DNA from: Gnetum montanum
Taxonomy: Eukaryota; Plantae; Gnetophyta
Direction of reading: 5' to 3'
Assembly: GCA_015680685.1 (NCBI GenBank)
Contig: MNCI01002172.1
Location: forward strand, 596,507 to 660,506
Length of the DNA stretch: 64,000 nucleotides
Shown here: in pieces, positions 1 to 12,989 of the stretch
Numbering within the stretch: the stretch's first letter is position 1
Layout: each line of letters begins with the position of its first letter
Translations under genes and position numbers: made by a program
The notes under the pieces: model-generated
The model's database searches: none
Seen by the model: only the letters and a program-made list of their open reading frames with translations
What the model was told of the DNA's origin: nothing

Positions 1-3000
1 AGTCACTACTATGGATGCCTATTTGACTAGATAGAAGGATTAGTATAGATGTGATGTTGGCATATTTGAGGATCAATCCTAGTGATTTTAGGATATGACA
101 AAGCAAAAGCTATTGCCATCTATTAACCATATCCAACAACTTATCTTTCTACTCAAGAGCAAGGTTGGCATTGATTATCACCAACTTATAATTTTTCAGG
201 AATGCATACTCCATGCCAATAAGTAGATTTTTCAACTCTAAGGGCTTCTATTTGAAATTTTCAAGGATTTCCAACTCTTCACAATAGGTATCATTATGTT
301 CATCATTGAAGAGTTGGTAATGAACTTGCTCCAGTTCATTCATGCCTTCAACATAGGCACATGTTAGGCTCTCAATTGGTTCCATGCAAAGTGTGCTACT
401 TTCAGGATCAACTGTTAGCCACCAAGTGCTCCTTTGTTTTGTGGCTATTGCATATAGGTGCCTTTGAATTTCAAATTCATCTACATATTATTTTCATGAT
501 TTGATTAATGTGCTATTTATGACCTATAGTTTCTACACACAGCTGCACCCTATATCACTATACACGATGCATGGAACTCTCTTCTTCTTGATCTTTCCAA
601 ATGCATTTTCCTTTGAAATCTCCAAGGAAAGATCTCAGATTCCCAACCATGCATCAATAGTACTTAGCCAAGCCCTTCCCATGATGATTTGTAAGTTCTC
701 CTTATAATTTTCAACATGAATCACTAGGAAGTTAGTAGGATAGGACCACCCATAGACAATAGTTACAATGTCCTCCACTAATCCCAAGGGAACAATGATG
801 GATTGGTCTACTAACTCAAGAAAGATGTTACTTTTTTTAATTGGAGGCAAGTTCTAGGCTTTATACATCTCATGAAAAATAATATTAACACTAGAACCTA
901 AATCTAGAAGAGATTTGCAAGGCTCATTCCCAAGGGACTCCTAGGATCATATCTTTTCCTAGGAAGGTGGTCAGCCTTTATCCAATCAGTTACCACATGG
1001 ATTAGCATGATGGTATGCACTTTAGGAGGTGTTTGGTTTGAAGGGAACTCAAGTGGATTGGATGTAGAGGATGAGGAAGAAGTAGGATTATCAACCACAT
1101 GAGTTTATGAGGGCTTTTTAGGGTTGTTGGTTTGGAAGAATGGTCTTTTTCTGGGTCTAGGTTCCAGGCCACTCTACTAAGGAGCAAGCTATAAATTAAT
1201 AACCTTGATACCATTATGTTGCTATGGCTAGGCTAGAATTTCATCCTACATTGATGGAGTAGGTGGCAATTGGGTTAAGGATGAAGATACATGAGCAAAA
1301 GAATTAGAACGATGATAAGGATATGGGGACCCCCCTCTTGGAGATGGAGAATGACCTCTATAATATTTATAAGGGTAGTAGTAATGCTAAAAATAAGCAT
1401 GACTAGAAGAGTCACATGCAAACATGGGCTACTAAACATAGTATCCATATGGATCAAGCTATCTATAAGGGTATTGGTGTTTTAGTGGTGACATCCCCAT
1501 GACTACGAGTGCTACCATTGATGATACTGCTCAAATAGTTATGGTGGAGCTCCACTTGGATAATAAGCTTATTATTAATGGAATTTCCTTGGGTTTCCTT
1601 GAGGATAAGACAACCTTTTAAATGCTTATATTCTTGCCAATCTAAAATTTAGAGTGTATACTATAAATTCCTACAAGTGTGATACAACAAAGCAACATTC
1701 CTTAGGATGTTCATATTGGCAAATATCACATTCACCATCATAATCTAATTCAGATTTCACAACCTCTTCCACAGTAATAACTTTGCCCTTACCCCTTTGG
1801 TGGGCACATTCAACTTCCTTCCTTCTCCTGCAATCACACTCACTACTTTGCTCTTTAGATGCCTCTACTATTTATAGGGCTATTTGAAACTTTTCATCCA
1901 AAGAGTCCCACATTTTATCTACCTTAGCTAAAATTTTGGAAATAGATTTCTAGATTGGCAAGGTTTTTTGCTACACCACTTCATCAAGTGGTGCCTCCTC
2001 ATTGTTAACAAACCAAATTCCCTTTTTTTTTTATGGAAGGGTCTTGGTTGTACTCCTCCATACTTTCTCTTTTTCTAAGCTCTCCTTCTTTAGAAACTTG
2101 CTTAATGAGCCTTTGAATTTGATGGGCTCTTAATTCTAACAATCTCCCTTGGTCATAGACCCTAAGGGTTCTCCTTGTTTCTAATTAGAGCCCATCTATG
2201 TTATGGTGAAGCTACTCCCTTTGAGAATAACCATGGCCAAGACATCTATGCAAAAGAAAATAATACTAGCCCATGGTTGTGTCCAAGGGTTCATGTGTTC
2301 CTTGCCACTAACCTTGGATCTGCTTTCTCAAGTTAGACACTTGAGAGTACATTTGATATTTGTCATTAAATATCTCAAGCATTGTACTTCATCTACAAAT
2401 TGATTCTAGCTCCAAGGATCAATACCAACTTTTTTCTTCCTTGATAAGTGTACTGAGAAATAGCTTAATTTTTTGCTAATCATTTTCTATGTTCTACAAA
2501 GTACAAGCATCGTAAACATCTTGTAAATGGTTCTACAGATCTAAATTGTATCCCCCCTCAAACGTGGAGATATTTTTCATATCCAACCACTCTATTCAGC
2601 TATCTTTCACATGCCTTGTTGGAATTCTAACTACCTCTATGATGTTCAGTATGTTTCAAATAGCAAGCAAAGGCTCATCATAGTCATGGCCTCTATGATG
2701 GTCATGATGCCTATGATGCCCTTTGTTGTTCCTTCTTTCATTTTGGAAAGCCTCCCTTGAATGCCCATGTCCTTAATCTTGATCATCTTAGTAGGCCTTA
2801 TGATCATGATCATCTTTTTCCTACCGATCATCTCTATCATGATCACACCCTCTACAGCTTCAATTAGAGCTTGAGGAAGAAGAAGACGATGAAGGAGAAG
2901 AGGAAGGAGTACTAGCATTGTAGTGCCTACCACCCCCTCTTTGATGGTCACGGCCATGATCATCATGATGCCTATCCTTGTCCCTACCATGACTCCCACC

Positions 3001-3702
3001 TTTGGATCCCCCATGATCACAGGATTTGTTCTTACCTAAACCAAGATTATTTATAGTGGACTATAAGTTTTGGTTCAAGCCCCCTTCATTGAGACAAAGG
3101 AAAGGAAAGTCAATGAAATGAGAAACCCTAGAGAAGGGATCCTTATTATCTCTATGATCCAATAGGAACAAGGGGTTATTGAACCATTTCCCCTTTGAAG
3201 TTGCATAACGCTTCTCTTGTTGCCAATTGATTTTGCATTACACTTCGATGGGATGATAATCCCTTGAGTCATGGTCTTGCATAAAGTATTCATCATGGAG
3301 CCCTTGGATAACGAACTTCATAAGAGTTTGGAGTAGCAACCTAGGAACTAATCAATCAAGCAACAACACAATGTTACCCTCCATATCCCTCCATCGCAAT
3401 TGGTCATCCTAGTGCAGGATGAAGGTGAAATAAGGCACATACTCATTGGGATGAGTATATACCACACAGCATTGCTAGGGCATTAGCAACTTTGATCATT
3501 CATTCATTGGATTGGAAGTGTGCTCGAACTTAGGTGAAGAATCATCCCTATGAGAAGAAGACATTTTTAAATCAGAAGAAAATTCACAATGTACTTTTTA
3601 CAATTTTTGTTAGTATCAAAATGATTATGACTTTAAGGTTCAATCCAACGATGCTAAATGACTTTTCACTAAGTCCAAGATAGCACATGAAACTAGCTAA
3701 AG

Positions 3703-3720
3703 TCCTTGGCAACGATGCCA
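3703..3720 (-). promoter_or_regulatory. Primer binding site, tRNA-Asp type
   Basis: The minus strand reads TGGCATCGTTGCCAAGGA, a deaminated form of the Athila PBS TGGCGCCGTTGCCGGGGA, 1 nt inside the LTR boundary. Confidence 0.8.
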
Positions 3721-3721
3721 A

Positions 3722-4531
3722 TGATGAACCATACAAATCACTAGTGTTCACTCAACAATCCAATTGAATTCCAAGGACTTTAGGTTTCTAAGTACACCAA
3801 CTCTAGGAGGTGAATCTAATCATGGCAATCGTTCTCTACCCAATCACACTTGTGAAGTGCAAGTGTATGGTTAATTATAACTGAGGCATATTATTTTTAT
3901 CATTTTATATTTTATGAATTAAGTTACTAAAGAATAAAGAATAAATTAATTTTAAAGTTTAACTAACTAATTGATCTAAGAATTAACTAATATCTAACTA
4001 TTCCTAACATAAGCATCCATTCCTACTTCTTGTACATATCCTAAACACGTTTAACATTGCTAGGTTACCAAACATCAAGTGTTACTAGGATTACCAAGCA
4101 TTACACGTATGCTTGAAGTGGTTGTACTTATGTTTACTATTTAAATTATCTTAATTAACTACTTGAATTACTTAAAACATTAAATGAAATTACTTTAACA
4201 ATAAATGCATAAAGAAAATAATTAATCTAGTCCAAGTGCTGCAAGGTTTGATCAAAAAGCTTGTCTTTATTGCCACACACAATGAAGTGCTCAAGTACAA
4301 TAGTGCTCAAACAAATATCCATACACTCTTTGATTCTTACTGCAAGCATTTAGAAAAGTATTCTAACTGTTGGGTAGAAAAACTGCAAGAAGTTCATTAC
4401 AACTATGAGACTTGGTGCCATAAATGTAGTGGAAGGTACACATTTATAGGCAAAAACAAGATGCCTCATTGATGGGTACTCATCAATGGATCAAACCCTG
4501 CATCAACATGACCAAACCATATGACTCATCA
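3722..4531 (-). repeat. 5' LTR of Athila-like element #1
   Basis: TGATGA...TCATCA termini. Similar throughout to the LTR at 52651-53551 and directly adjacent to the PBS. Confidence 0.8.
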
Positions 4532-6700
4532 CTTAGGCTAAGCATATTGCTCAATTAATGCATGCCCAAGGTCCACTCATGGAGGATGTGGGTGAATTGC
4601 TATCTATTACCACTAAGAATGTTAGTGGTCTATGTGGTTATTCCCTTAATAGCATGGGGGCTAAGCCCCATGCTACTTGTGGTAAGGTAGAAAAGGAAAA
4701 AAGATCATGTGCTACAAAAAAGATAAAAAGACCATGTATTGAAGAAAATGTTCTAGCTCCTACTTAGCAAGCAAGCATTCAAAAAAATGGCAATTAGGTT
4801 CAATAAGACTATTCAAGTGGATAATGGTATGTAAATATTTAATTTTCTGGCTTTTGATTTTTATTTTTTATTTTAACATTATTTTTATTTACACTTTATC
4901 TATAAAAATGTTTACTAATTTATTTTATTTTTTTGGCTTTATTGCCATTATAGGGAAGAAATGGGAATTGGCTACCAAGGCCACTACAAAGGAAGAACAA
5001 CAATGCAAAGAAGAGAAGGAAAGAATGTCCAAGAAAGCACAAGATATTTTGGATTCCATATTAGGTGATTTGCCTTCAAAAGGAAATCCTCTGATCTTCT
5101 TAGTAAGTTTTGGTGTCATTATTATTTGTTTTAAATTTTCATATATTTTTTTTATAAATAGTATTAGCTATTATGACTCCTTCAAGGAATGAGCCTCCTC
5201 TAGAAACATCCACATCCACATTCTTCTCCTAAGCTTGGATGGAGGCACCAGACAAGATTGATTTTATGGAGGGAATGATGAATGACAAGGCTGATAGGCT
5301 ATAGCAGTTGGCTCCTGATGTTGGTAAGAAAAGTTAAAATCTTTTTATTTTTCATTTTAGTTTTTATATATATTATTTTCATGCTTTATGGCTTATGATT
5401 TTATGTTTTTAATTAGTTTTTAAAATTTTTTTATTTTCATATTTTTAAGGTTTTTAATGTTTTTTAGCTATTTTGTGTGTCATAGTTTTTAAGATGAAAT
5501 GGAATCCTTCGTGGGACTTTGAGTTCGATGAGTTCCTTAAATTGCCTCCCAATGTGGAGAACATTTCATGAAGATTGTACGAAGGGGCTAAAATTTTGTT
5601 ACATCATGTGCAAAAACATTTTGGGAGTCCCAACATTTAAAGAATTTCTTTTGGAAGTGGGTTGTGACATTGGAGAAGTAAAAAAAGGAGCCGATAGATG
5701 AGGTTAGAAGCCTAAAAGATTGCAAGGAGTTCATAGAGGCTCATGTGGCCAATACGGATTTGTTGCACACAAAGGAAATCAAGTGGTGCCACTACTAGAA
5801 TATCATCTAGGGGAAGGTTTCCCTAGCTAGGAGTAATGTGGAGAAGGCCATGTAGCTGGAGATGATGGTTCATAGAACAAAGAAATGGAGGAATTATTGT
5901 GCCTCGGTGATAGAGTGGGGAAAGAAGAAAAAAGCTCATAAGAAGCTATATAAAGTGAAAAATAAAAACTATATAAAATCTTAACATGATGCAACTATGA
6001 CACAACACACATATGAGCTATTTGTGTAGGGCATGGGTGTTGAAGACAACTTTAGCAAGTTCAAGGAATTGGTAGTGGTTATTGATTCCTCCATTCCTCA
6101 TGTCATTATCACATCTAGGGAAACTTCCATGACTTGATTTTCCCATGCTCCTCCTGAGTAGATGTGAAAAGGAGAAAGATCTTATGAGGAGTGGATCTAG
6201 GAGATATCAATTGGATCAACCAAAGTGAAGAAGAAATTATTCATAGGTTGGAGGTTGATATTCAAAGATTTCCTCCCTAGCATATTGCTCTTAAACCTTC
6301 AAAGGTTTAGGGTTGATATTCTATTTTATGTTTTATGTTATATTTTTATTTTATATTTTTTGTTATGATTGTTTTTGTTACTACATGGTTATATTTATGG
6401 CTACTATGACTACTAATGGTTGGATGTCTTATTTCTTACAAGCCGAAGTGATGATGGTGATGATGTTAGTGATGATCCTCCTCCTCCTCCTATGGCTTAG
6501 TTGGTTGTTGTTAGACTTATCATATATTCTAGTTTTGGCTACATTTTCATTACTATTTTATTTGGCTATCATAGCCATAGAGACTATGTTATTTTTATTT
6601 TATTATTATCTGTTGCATGGTGCAACTATGGCTACTCTTATGGTTTTGATTATGCTACATGTCATATTTTGGTTATATGAGGCTCTTGGCTGTAAAATAC
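4532..6700 (+). pseudogene. Degenerate multi-exon gene remnant (3' part), antisense to Tat-like element A
   Basis: Purine-rich, K/E-rich coding-like blocks alternate with T-rich introns: donor GTATGT at ~4828, acceptor TATAG at ~4952, donor GTAAGA at ~5324, acceptor CATAG at ~5485. It lies just downstream of the minus-strand protease fragment and is cut at 4531 by an Athila LTR. Confidence 0.55.
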
Positions 6701-6999
6701 TTAATTTATGATTTATTTTATTTTATTTTATTTAGGTTTCAAGTTTTTTATTTTTCTATTTTTTTTTATTTTTATGTAGACATAAAAATAAATTTAAATT
6801 GTAAATTGATGTGAAAATGCAAAATAAGGCTATACAACAAACTAGCAAACATAATATAATAAAGCAAGAATTGTGAAACATAATGTAAACATGTAAATAA
6901 AAATTGCAAACAAGGCTGCTAATTAAATGGCTACATCATATGTATACGGAAAAGACAATAGGCAACATATTAATCATGTAATTATTTTTTAATATTTGC

Positions 7000-7410
7000 C
7001 ATATTAGAAAATTTATAAGATTTCTGTTTCACAATTTTATATTTCCCATCCCCTTCGCTCACAATGCTAAATGGGATTTCTTCCCAAGGTTTGTTCATGG
7101 CCCTAGTGTTGTTGATTTTGGCTTAGTTGATTTTGTTATGATCCTTGGCTTCGTTTTGGGTTACAAGAGTTTCCTCCTAGAACTCCACCTCAAATCCCTA
7201 TTCAAAGTCAACATTGTTGACAAACAAAGGAATGGTGCTATCTCCATAGATAATAATTTCACCTCCCTTGTAAGGTAGATAAATTTCTTGGTGGATTGAA
7301 GAAGAAACCACTTGCAACTTCACCAACCATGGTCTTCCTAGGATTAAGTTGAGGCCTAGTATTTCTTCAACAATAAGGAAATTAGCCAATGTAGGGAATT
7401 GTTCCCTAGT
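7000..7410 (-). pseudogene. Tat/Ogre-like element A: C-terminal half of aspartic protease and linker
   Basis: FLIVEEILGLNLILGRPWLVKLQVVSSSIHQEIYLPYKGGEIIIYGD (ORF 7198-7455) is a typical Tat/Ogre protease tail. Confidence 0.8.
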
Positions 7411-8276
7411 TGATGAGTGATGGAGGTAATCCCAATACTCTACCATACAAGTCATAGGTGTTCACAAATGACCAAATCATAATTTGTGTATGAGGCAATA
7501 TAATTATGCTAATAGTTGATGCTAAGCTTGTGATCGTTGTCTTCTTACTTTAAGTTAGTGAAGTCTTAGTGTATAGTTTAACTTACAGTGAGACATATGA
7601 TTTGTGATGTTGTTAAGCTCTAATTACTCCTAGTTGTACTCATAATGAAAGCAAATATCAAATTCTAAGTCTAAGTAATAACATAAATGTAAACCTCTTC
7701 TATCTTAATAGTAATAGGTATCAGTTCCTAGTTTACTGGTCATGTTTTAGACTCATGTAGTTATCACTGGGATTACCAAGTAAAATTACTACTAAGTGAA
7801 TCAAGCAATGCCACTACTAGGTTACTAGATAACTACACTTAATGCTTGAAACTAGTTGCACCCATTCTGCTTACTAATATCATGTAAAGGAAAGTGCTTG
7901 AAAATGTAAAGTGTTAACTAAGGAAAGCAAGAAAATTATTCTAAGACATAAAGCAAACTAAGAAATGTTGCAATGATGAAAAACAACTTCAATCATTATT
8001 GCTGCACATAAACTATATCCAAGTACAATTTACTTGAATAAATATGCCAATTAATTGTTTAACACTACACTATAGGCATTCATTCTATTATGAAAACTAT
8101 GAAAACAAACTATAAGAATCTAGCTAAGGGTTGGAATCAAAAGTTGTTATCTGTGCATCCAAGTGTTGTTATTTATAGGACTGCACAAATCTCAAGACAT
8201 TACATCAATGATGACAAAGGATGAGCTACGATATCATAGATACAATATTACATTAGTATAAAAATAAATGTTATCA
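7411..8276 (-). repeat. 3' LTR of Athila-like element #2
   Basis: TGATGAGTG...TTATCA, colinear with 19010-19869, and followed on + by TACCCCC (PPT on the minus strand). Confidence 0.88.
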
Positions 8277-8490
8277 TACCCCCATGACTATCTGGAAACT
8301 CGTCCTTGAGTTAAAAAAAAATGAGGATAAAGTTCCTTATAAAATTGGGAGGTAGACTTGAATTGACATGACATGACTATTTACATGACTTTGAATGCTA
8401 CATTGGTGTTTTTACAAAATGACATAGTTGATAATTATTAAAAAAATACAAAATAAAACAAAACAGAAACTGAAGTAGTGTAATGTAGCC

Positions 8491-11258
8491 TTAAGTTCTT
8501 GATGATGGAGGCTCTTCCATCAACTTCTTCCCTTTGTCATCAAGCTTCTAAAATTGATATCTATTGAGTGCTTGAAACTTTTCTCCTTTCATCCTTGGGT
8601 CATGTACCATCCATGTTGATTGTGCAATGTTTGATGGTGTCGATACATCCCATGGACATGGTAGTTATGAAAACATTTTATTTACTTTCACATATCATGC
8701 TACAAACTATCTTCTCTTTTCTTCAACTCTGGCTACCTTTCTAAGTTCTTAGTAGTTATACATTCTATGTGCCAGATTCACTAGTACATCCTTTTTTCCT
8801 TAGTAGCTAGCTTTTAAAATTTCAATTTCAAAGTTTGTCAAATGGAATTTTTGTAAGGCATCTTTTCTATCAGCAAACTCTTTCTCATACATCACGTACA
8901 CTACTACTACCTATTGCTCAAGCTCATTCTAAAGTCATCCTATTGTTAACATGGCTAAGTTAGCATATCAAAGATTTGATAACCCCATGTACTCTATAAG
9001 ATCCTCTATCTATAGGTCTTTTTTTTATCTTGGCTTGGTGGACATGGGCTAAACCATCCAAGATGGGTTACCAATCTAGAGTCCAAGTAGTGATGGAATT
9101 GATCTTGGGTTTTACCATCTAGATTTCCTTCTCATTTATTTTCTTGTACATGTCCACTTAGTCCCTAAAATACTCTTCAAGCTTCTCATTTCTCTTGGCC
9201 TCATTTTGACATAGCCTTATCTCAATAGTTGACTTTTGTCTAATAGCATGTACTTCCTCCATTGAGAGTGTCCTATTTTCATGGATCAGTTTGCTTAAAT
9301 CCTAGTTGACATGAATTAATTATTCTCATAACTAATGAATACTTTCCTTAAGAATATTTTTTTTCTTTTCTACATCTATCAACCTTAAGTTATCAACAAT
9401 GAGCTTCTTGTTTTCCTCTTCCAAGTTTGTGAGAGCTTTGATGTGTGTGTATGTTTGTGCTTTAGTGACTAAGGCATTCCACATCACCTTCTTTCTTTTC
9501 ATCTCTACATGTATATTGTGGACAACCAATTGCCTCGCCTAATCAATTCTGAATTGTTCAAGCTAGTCTAGGAGACAAATTATGCCAGATCTCTTACTTA
9601 TGCTTTAAGAGCTACTAATTCATTCTATAATCTCTGCACCTCATTCTTAGCATGCTCTACCCTCATTTCAGCCATCATTGGCTTTCATTTTATGACTATC
9701 AAGTTAGACTACACTGCAATGATATTACTAGGGATATCAAATAGATTTTGCATAACTTAACTAGTCTATAGCAATCTATCCAAGACATCTTCATGTTCAG
9801 CAGTAGTCATTGAGGTACTAGCTAGCATTTGGACATTTTAGCTCCAAAGATATCAGTTGGTGGCATAATAGGGACATTGAAGGATTTCTTGATGTGATCA
9901 GTTATTATTTCTACTACTCCCGCTACATCTTGGTGCTACATAACCATGAATGTGGTGCCTTCACTAGTCTATAGAATGACTTAGAACAATGCATCATTCC
10001 CTAAAATTTATTGTTCCCAATCTTCCTCTCCTCCTACTTGTAATGATCCCTATCCACTTTTAGGTTCTAATGAAACTATGGACCTCACTGAACTTTCTCT
10101 AACTCTATAGGGATTGGAGTCCTCCCTTACTTCCTAGTTGAATATATCTATGACCTAATGCAAATGGCTCATTAATGGATGATAGTATTATGGAGAAGGT
10201 GCATCTTGTTGTTTTAGTCTATCCCCAATAGGTGTTGAACCTTTGGGTCCTACCTAATGTTGTTGACTAGTAGTTGGAATGTTACTGGCATGTGTTGAAC
10301 CTGAAGCTCCTTCAGTGCTCATTGGCTTCTCCAACTAAACTTTCTTTAGTAACACTAGTTTTGACATCTCTTCATAGGAGGTGTTCTAGGCTTTCCTTGA
10401 AACATCATTAGTGTAACCTAGAATCCTTGCTTATCTACAAAGCTTTCTTATTAGGCAAGGAAATGTTAGTGTTGGTTTTCGTACCTTATTCTCTTTGAAC
10501 CATCTCTGAATCTCTAGAAATATTAAATGTGCAATATTGGCATTGAATTTTTCCATCAATATCGTACTTCCTCTAACTACATATGTGGATACTCTCTTGA
10601 GACTCTTAGTTGGGAACGAGTGGTAAGTCTTAATCTTAAAATAGATCTTTATTTCAGCATTCATTTTGTTGTAGTCTTTGTCTTCTTCATTGTAGGTCCT
10701 TTGTAGCCACAATTTCTTGGCATCTATATCTAACCTTATGAAAATCTATGCCACATTAGCTCCTTCATTTAGAATATTGAATACCTTAGTAATTGCCTCA
10801 ATGGAGTATGGCACGAAGACTCCTTCTATCTTTATTATTACATCCTCCTATTTTTTCCACCATAAATAATATAACTCTCCTAGGTACCATTCTACATTAC
10901 TAGATAGTGTTGGCCATAGAGGAGATGCCTAGAGTTGCATTCTTATAGTTTTTGGAGCAAACTCCATGAATGGGCCAAAGTTTAATTCCATGATGACCAT
11001 GGACATGATGGACTTTGCCTGGATGGCCTTTAGGCAATCATTAGATAGCATGAGATTGTATCCTTGTTCAAGTGTTAACAGTGCTTCTACTTCTACTTGT
11101 GATGATTGTTTGGTGATCGGAGTTTGTTGCTAAATGTTGAATGATTAAGCCTCTTACTCAAAATTTTTAGCTTGTATGGTCTGATCTCCTGCTTGGCTTC
11201 TTCCACAGTCTCTTAGTCTTTTGCTACCTAATTGTAAAGGTCCTTTAGCTAGGGCCAT
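8491..11258 (-). pseudogene. Athila-like 3' accessory ORF (plant-transposon-protein-like domain, coiled coil, C-terminal PxPWDV motif), ~920 codons, disrupted
   Basis: ATG at 11258 preceded by TTGTAG. Contains YFKIKTYH..RVSTYVVRGSTILMEKFNANIAHLIFLEI..LTFPCLIRKLC (ORF 10431-10712). Homologous to 53814-56652 and 62432-64000. Confidence 0.75.
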
Positions 11259-12989
11259 CTACAATCATAGAGAGTTTAGGATTACCAAAGTATTAAAATT
11301 GGTTCTTAACTATTTATGATCCTTCTCGTACTCTTGGTTTGATCAAGTTCTTATCTTATCGTAATTGCAAAGTTAGAAAAATTTCAAAAAGAAACCTTTA
11401 AGTGTTATATCTCTAATTATTATGACCTTTCATAGTTATCATTTCCTCATCTATTGTACCCTTAGATGGTTGATATGATTAGGAGAATTAATGAAGTCCT
11501 TTAGCTTAAATTTGATTGGTTATTTATGATATTCTTAATTGCATCTTTATACTTACCCTAATAATATCTTCCGAGCATTAGGAAATTTTGGCTTACTTTT
11601 CCTTAGTTATGTGCAATAGACTCCCCCACAACTATGTTGAGCACTTCAAGATCAACAAGGTTCAAGAACTTCTCAAATTGAAGTTGCGATGAGGAAGTTG
11701 TGGCATTGGGAAGTTTGTTTGCCAAAGCTCAAAAAAATAGCAAAAATTCCTCTTGCTTTGAAATGGTAGAATGAAAAAAATTTCTAACCCCCATGCCTAT
11801 TTATACTATTTTTATGTATGCAACGTCATCGATACAACATCATAGCTACGATGTCACCCTTAAAAATTTCAGATTTTTGATAATTTTTTATGGAAAAAAT
11901 AAGTCAATTAGATGACTTGGAAGACATAGAGATTTTCGCAAGGATTATGGATCATAGATGATGCTTGAAATTCAAAACTTTGATGTTTGAAAGTCACAAG
12001 GAAGGAATCTTGGGCAACAACAGCTTATTGGGTGTATATGGGATGGATTGAAGATTTGCAATAGATGGATGGGTTATCAGACTTTTTGGGAAGTGTTATT
12101 TGAGTACTAAAGTGTTTGGAAGCACAAGATGATGTGAAATTACTCAAGTATGAGGTACAAGAGTTATATAAGTGGATCCTTCCCAAAGTAGGCTTCAGTC
12201 CTTAGTGCCCTTGTATAAGCACATCTAAAAGTATCTATAGGCAGTTAAGGATTTGAATGTAAGACATACCTATCTAGAAAAACACACATGTTAATATTTC
12301 CAAATTGGAAAAATAACACCATATTATACAAAACCATAAAGTTATGACTAAATATACCAATGAGGTGAAACAGAATGTAGAAGGAATTGCAAAAATTGAG
12401 ACGTGAGATGTCTTACCATAGGCATAATGAATCTTTGTGTGTGATGTGTGATAAAGATAATCATTAGCCTTTCCATCCAAGATTCAAACCAAGTCACAAC
12501 CACTTTTTGTGACATCACATTATATCATCCCCAAGACTAACAATCATAAGGTTACCACTATTGCAAAGAGTATTACCATTTGACAATGTAGTTCAATAAA
12601 GGAGTTTATTAATAGCGCATTTTTTTTATTTTTTAGATTTCTGAGAAGCTTCCTACCTTCTGGAATGGGTAACATGTCTCTACAGTGGGACCCCCAAAAA
12701 TTTTATTTTGTGTTGTTATTTTATTTTTATTATGTCAACCTTACCAAAGGACTACCTTCAGACATGGGTAACATGTCTTTCTAGTCACATGATAAGTTAG
12801 GACTTAATCTACTCTTACTTTCATTTTTCATTAGAACTCAAGAAAATAATACACCATTAGCAATAGGATAAAACTCACAGCAATAGTCCTAGATCCCACA
12901 AGTCCCCTTCATGTCATACCCTTTTTATTCCCACTTGGTTCTTCGCTCTTCTATCCAAGCATAATGATCATGAGTTTATTCTTAGTTTC

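Larger units (their letters stand above)
1..4531 (-). mobile_element. Athila-like Ty3/gypsy LTR retrotransposon #1, 5' part (5' LTR, PBS, degenerate gag and protease); continues beyond the window start
   Basis: The minus strand gives gag motifs (LDMKNISTFEGGYNLDL..HLQDVYDAC; CDICQYEHPKEC) and a protease tail (FLVIHVENYKENLQIIMGRAWLST, ORF 635-850), with many stops. The gag is homologous to those at ~17700-17880 and 58676-58981. Confidence 0.85.

Noticed and set aside
6313-6711. Very hydrophobic 132-aa ORF resembling a membrane or env protein
   Set aside because: It is a translation of T-rich intron/UTR-like sequence with no family motif.
7406-7410. TSD for Athila-like element #2 (CTAGT versus TTCTA after 19869)
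   Set aside because: The sequences do not match. The host flanks are not contiguous (the protease N-half is missing), consistent with a flanking deletion.
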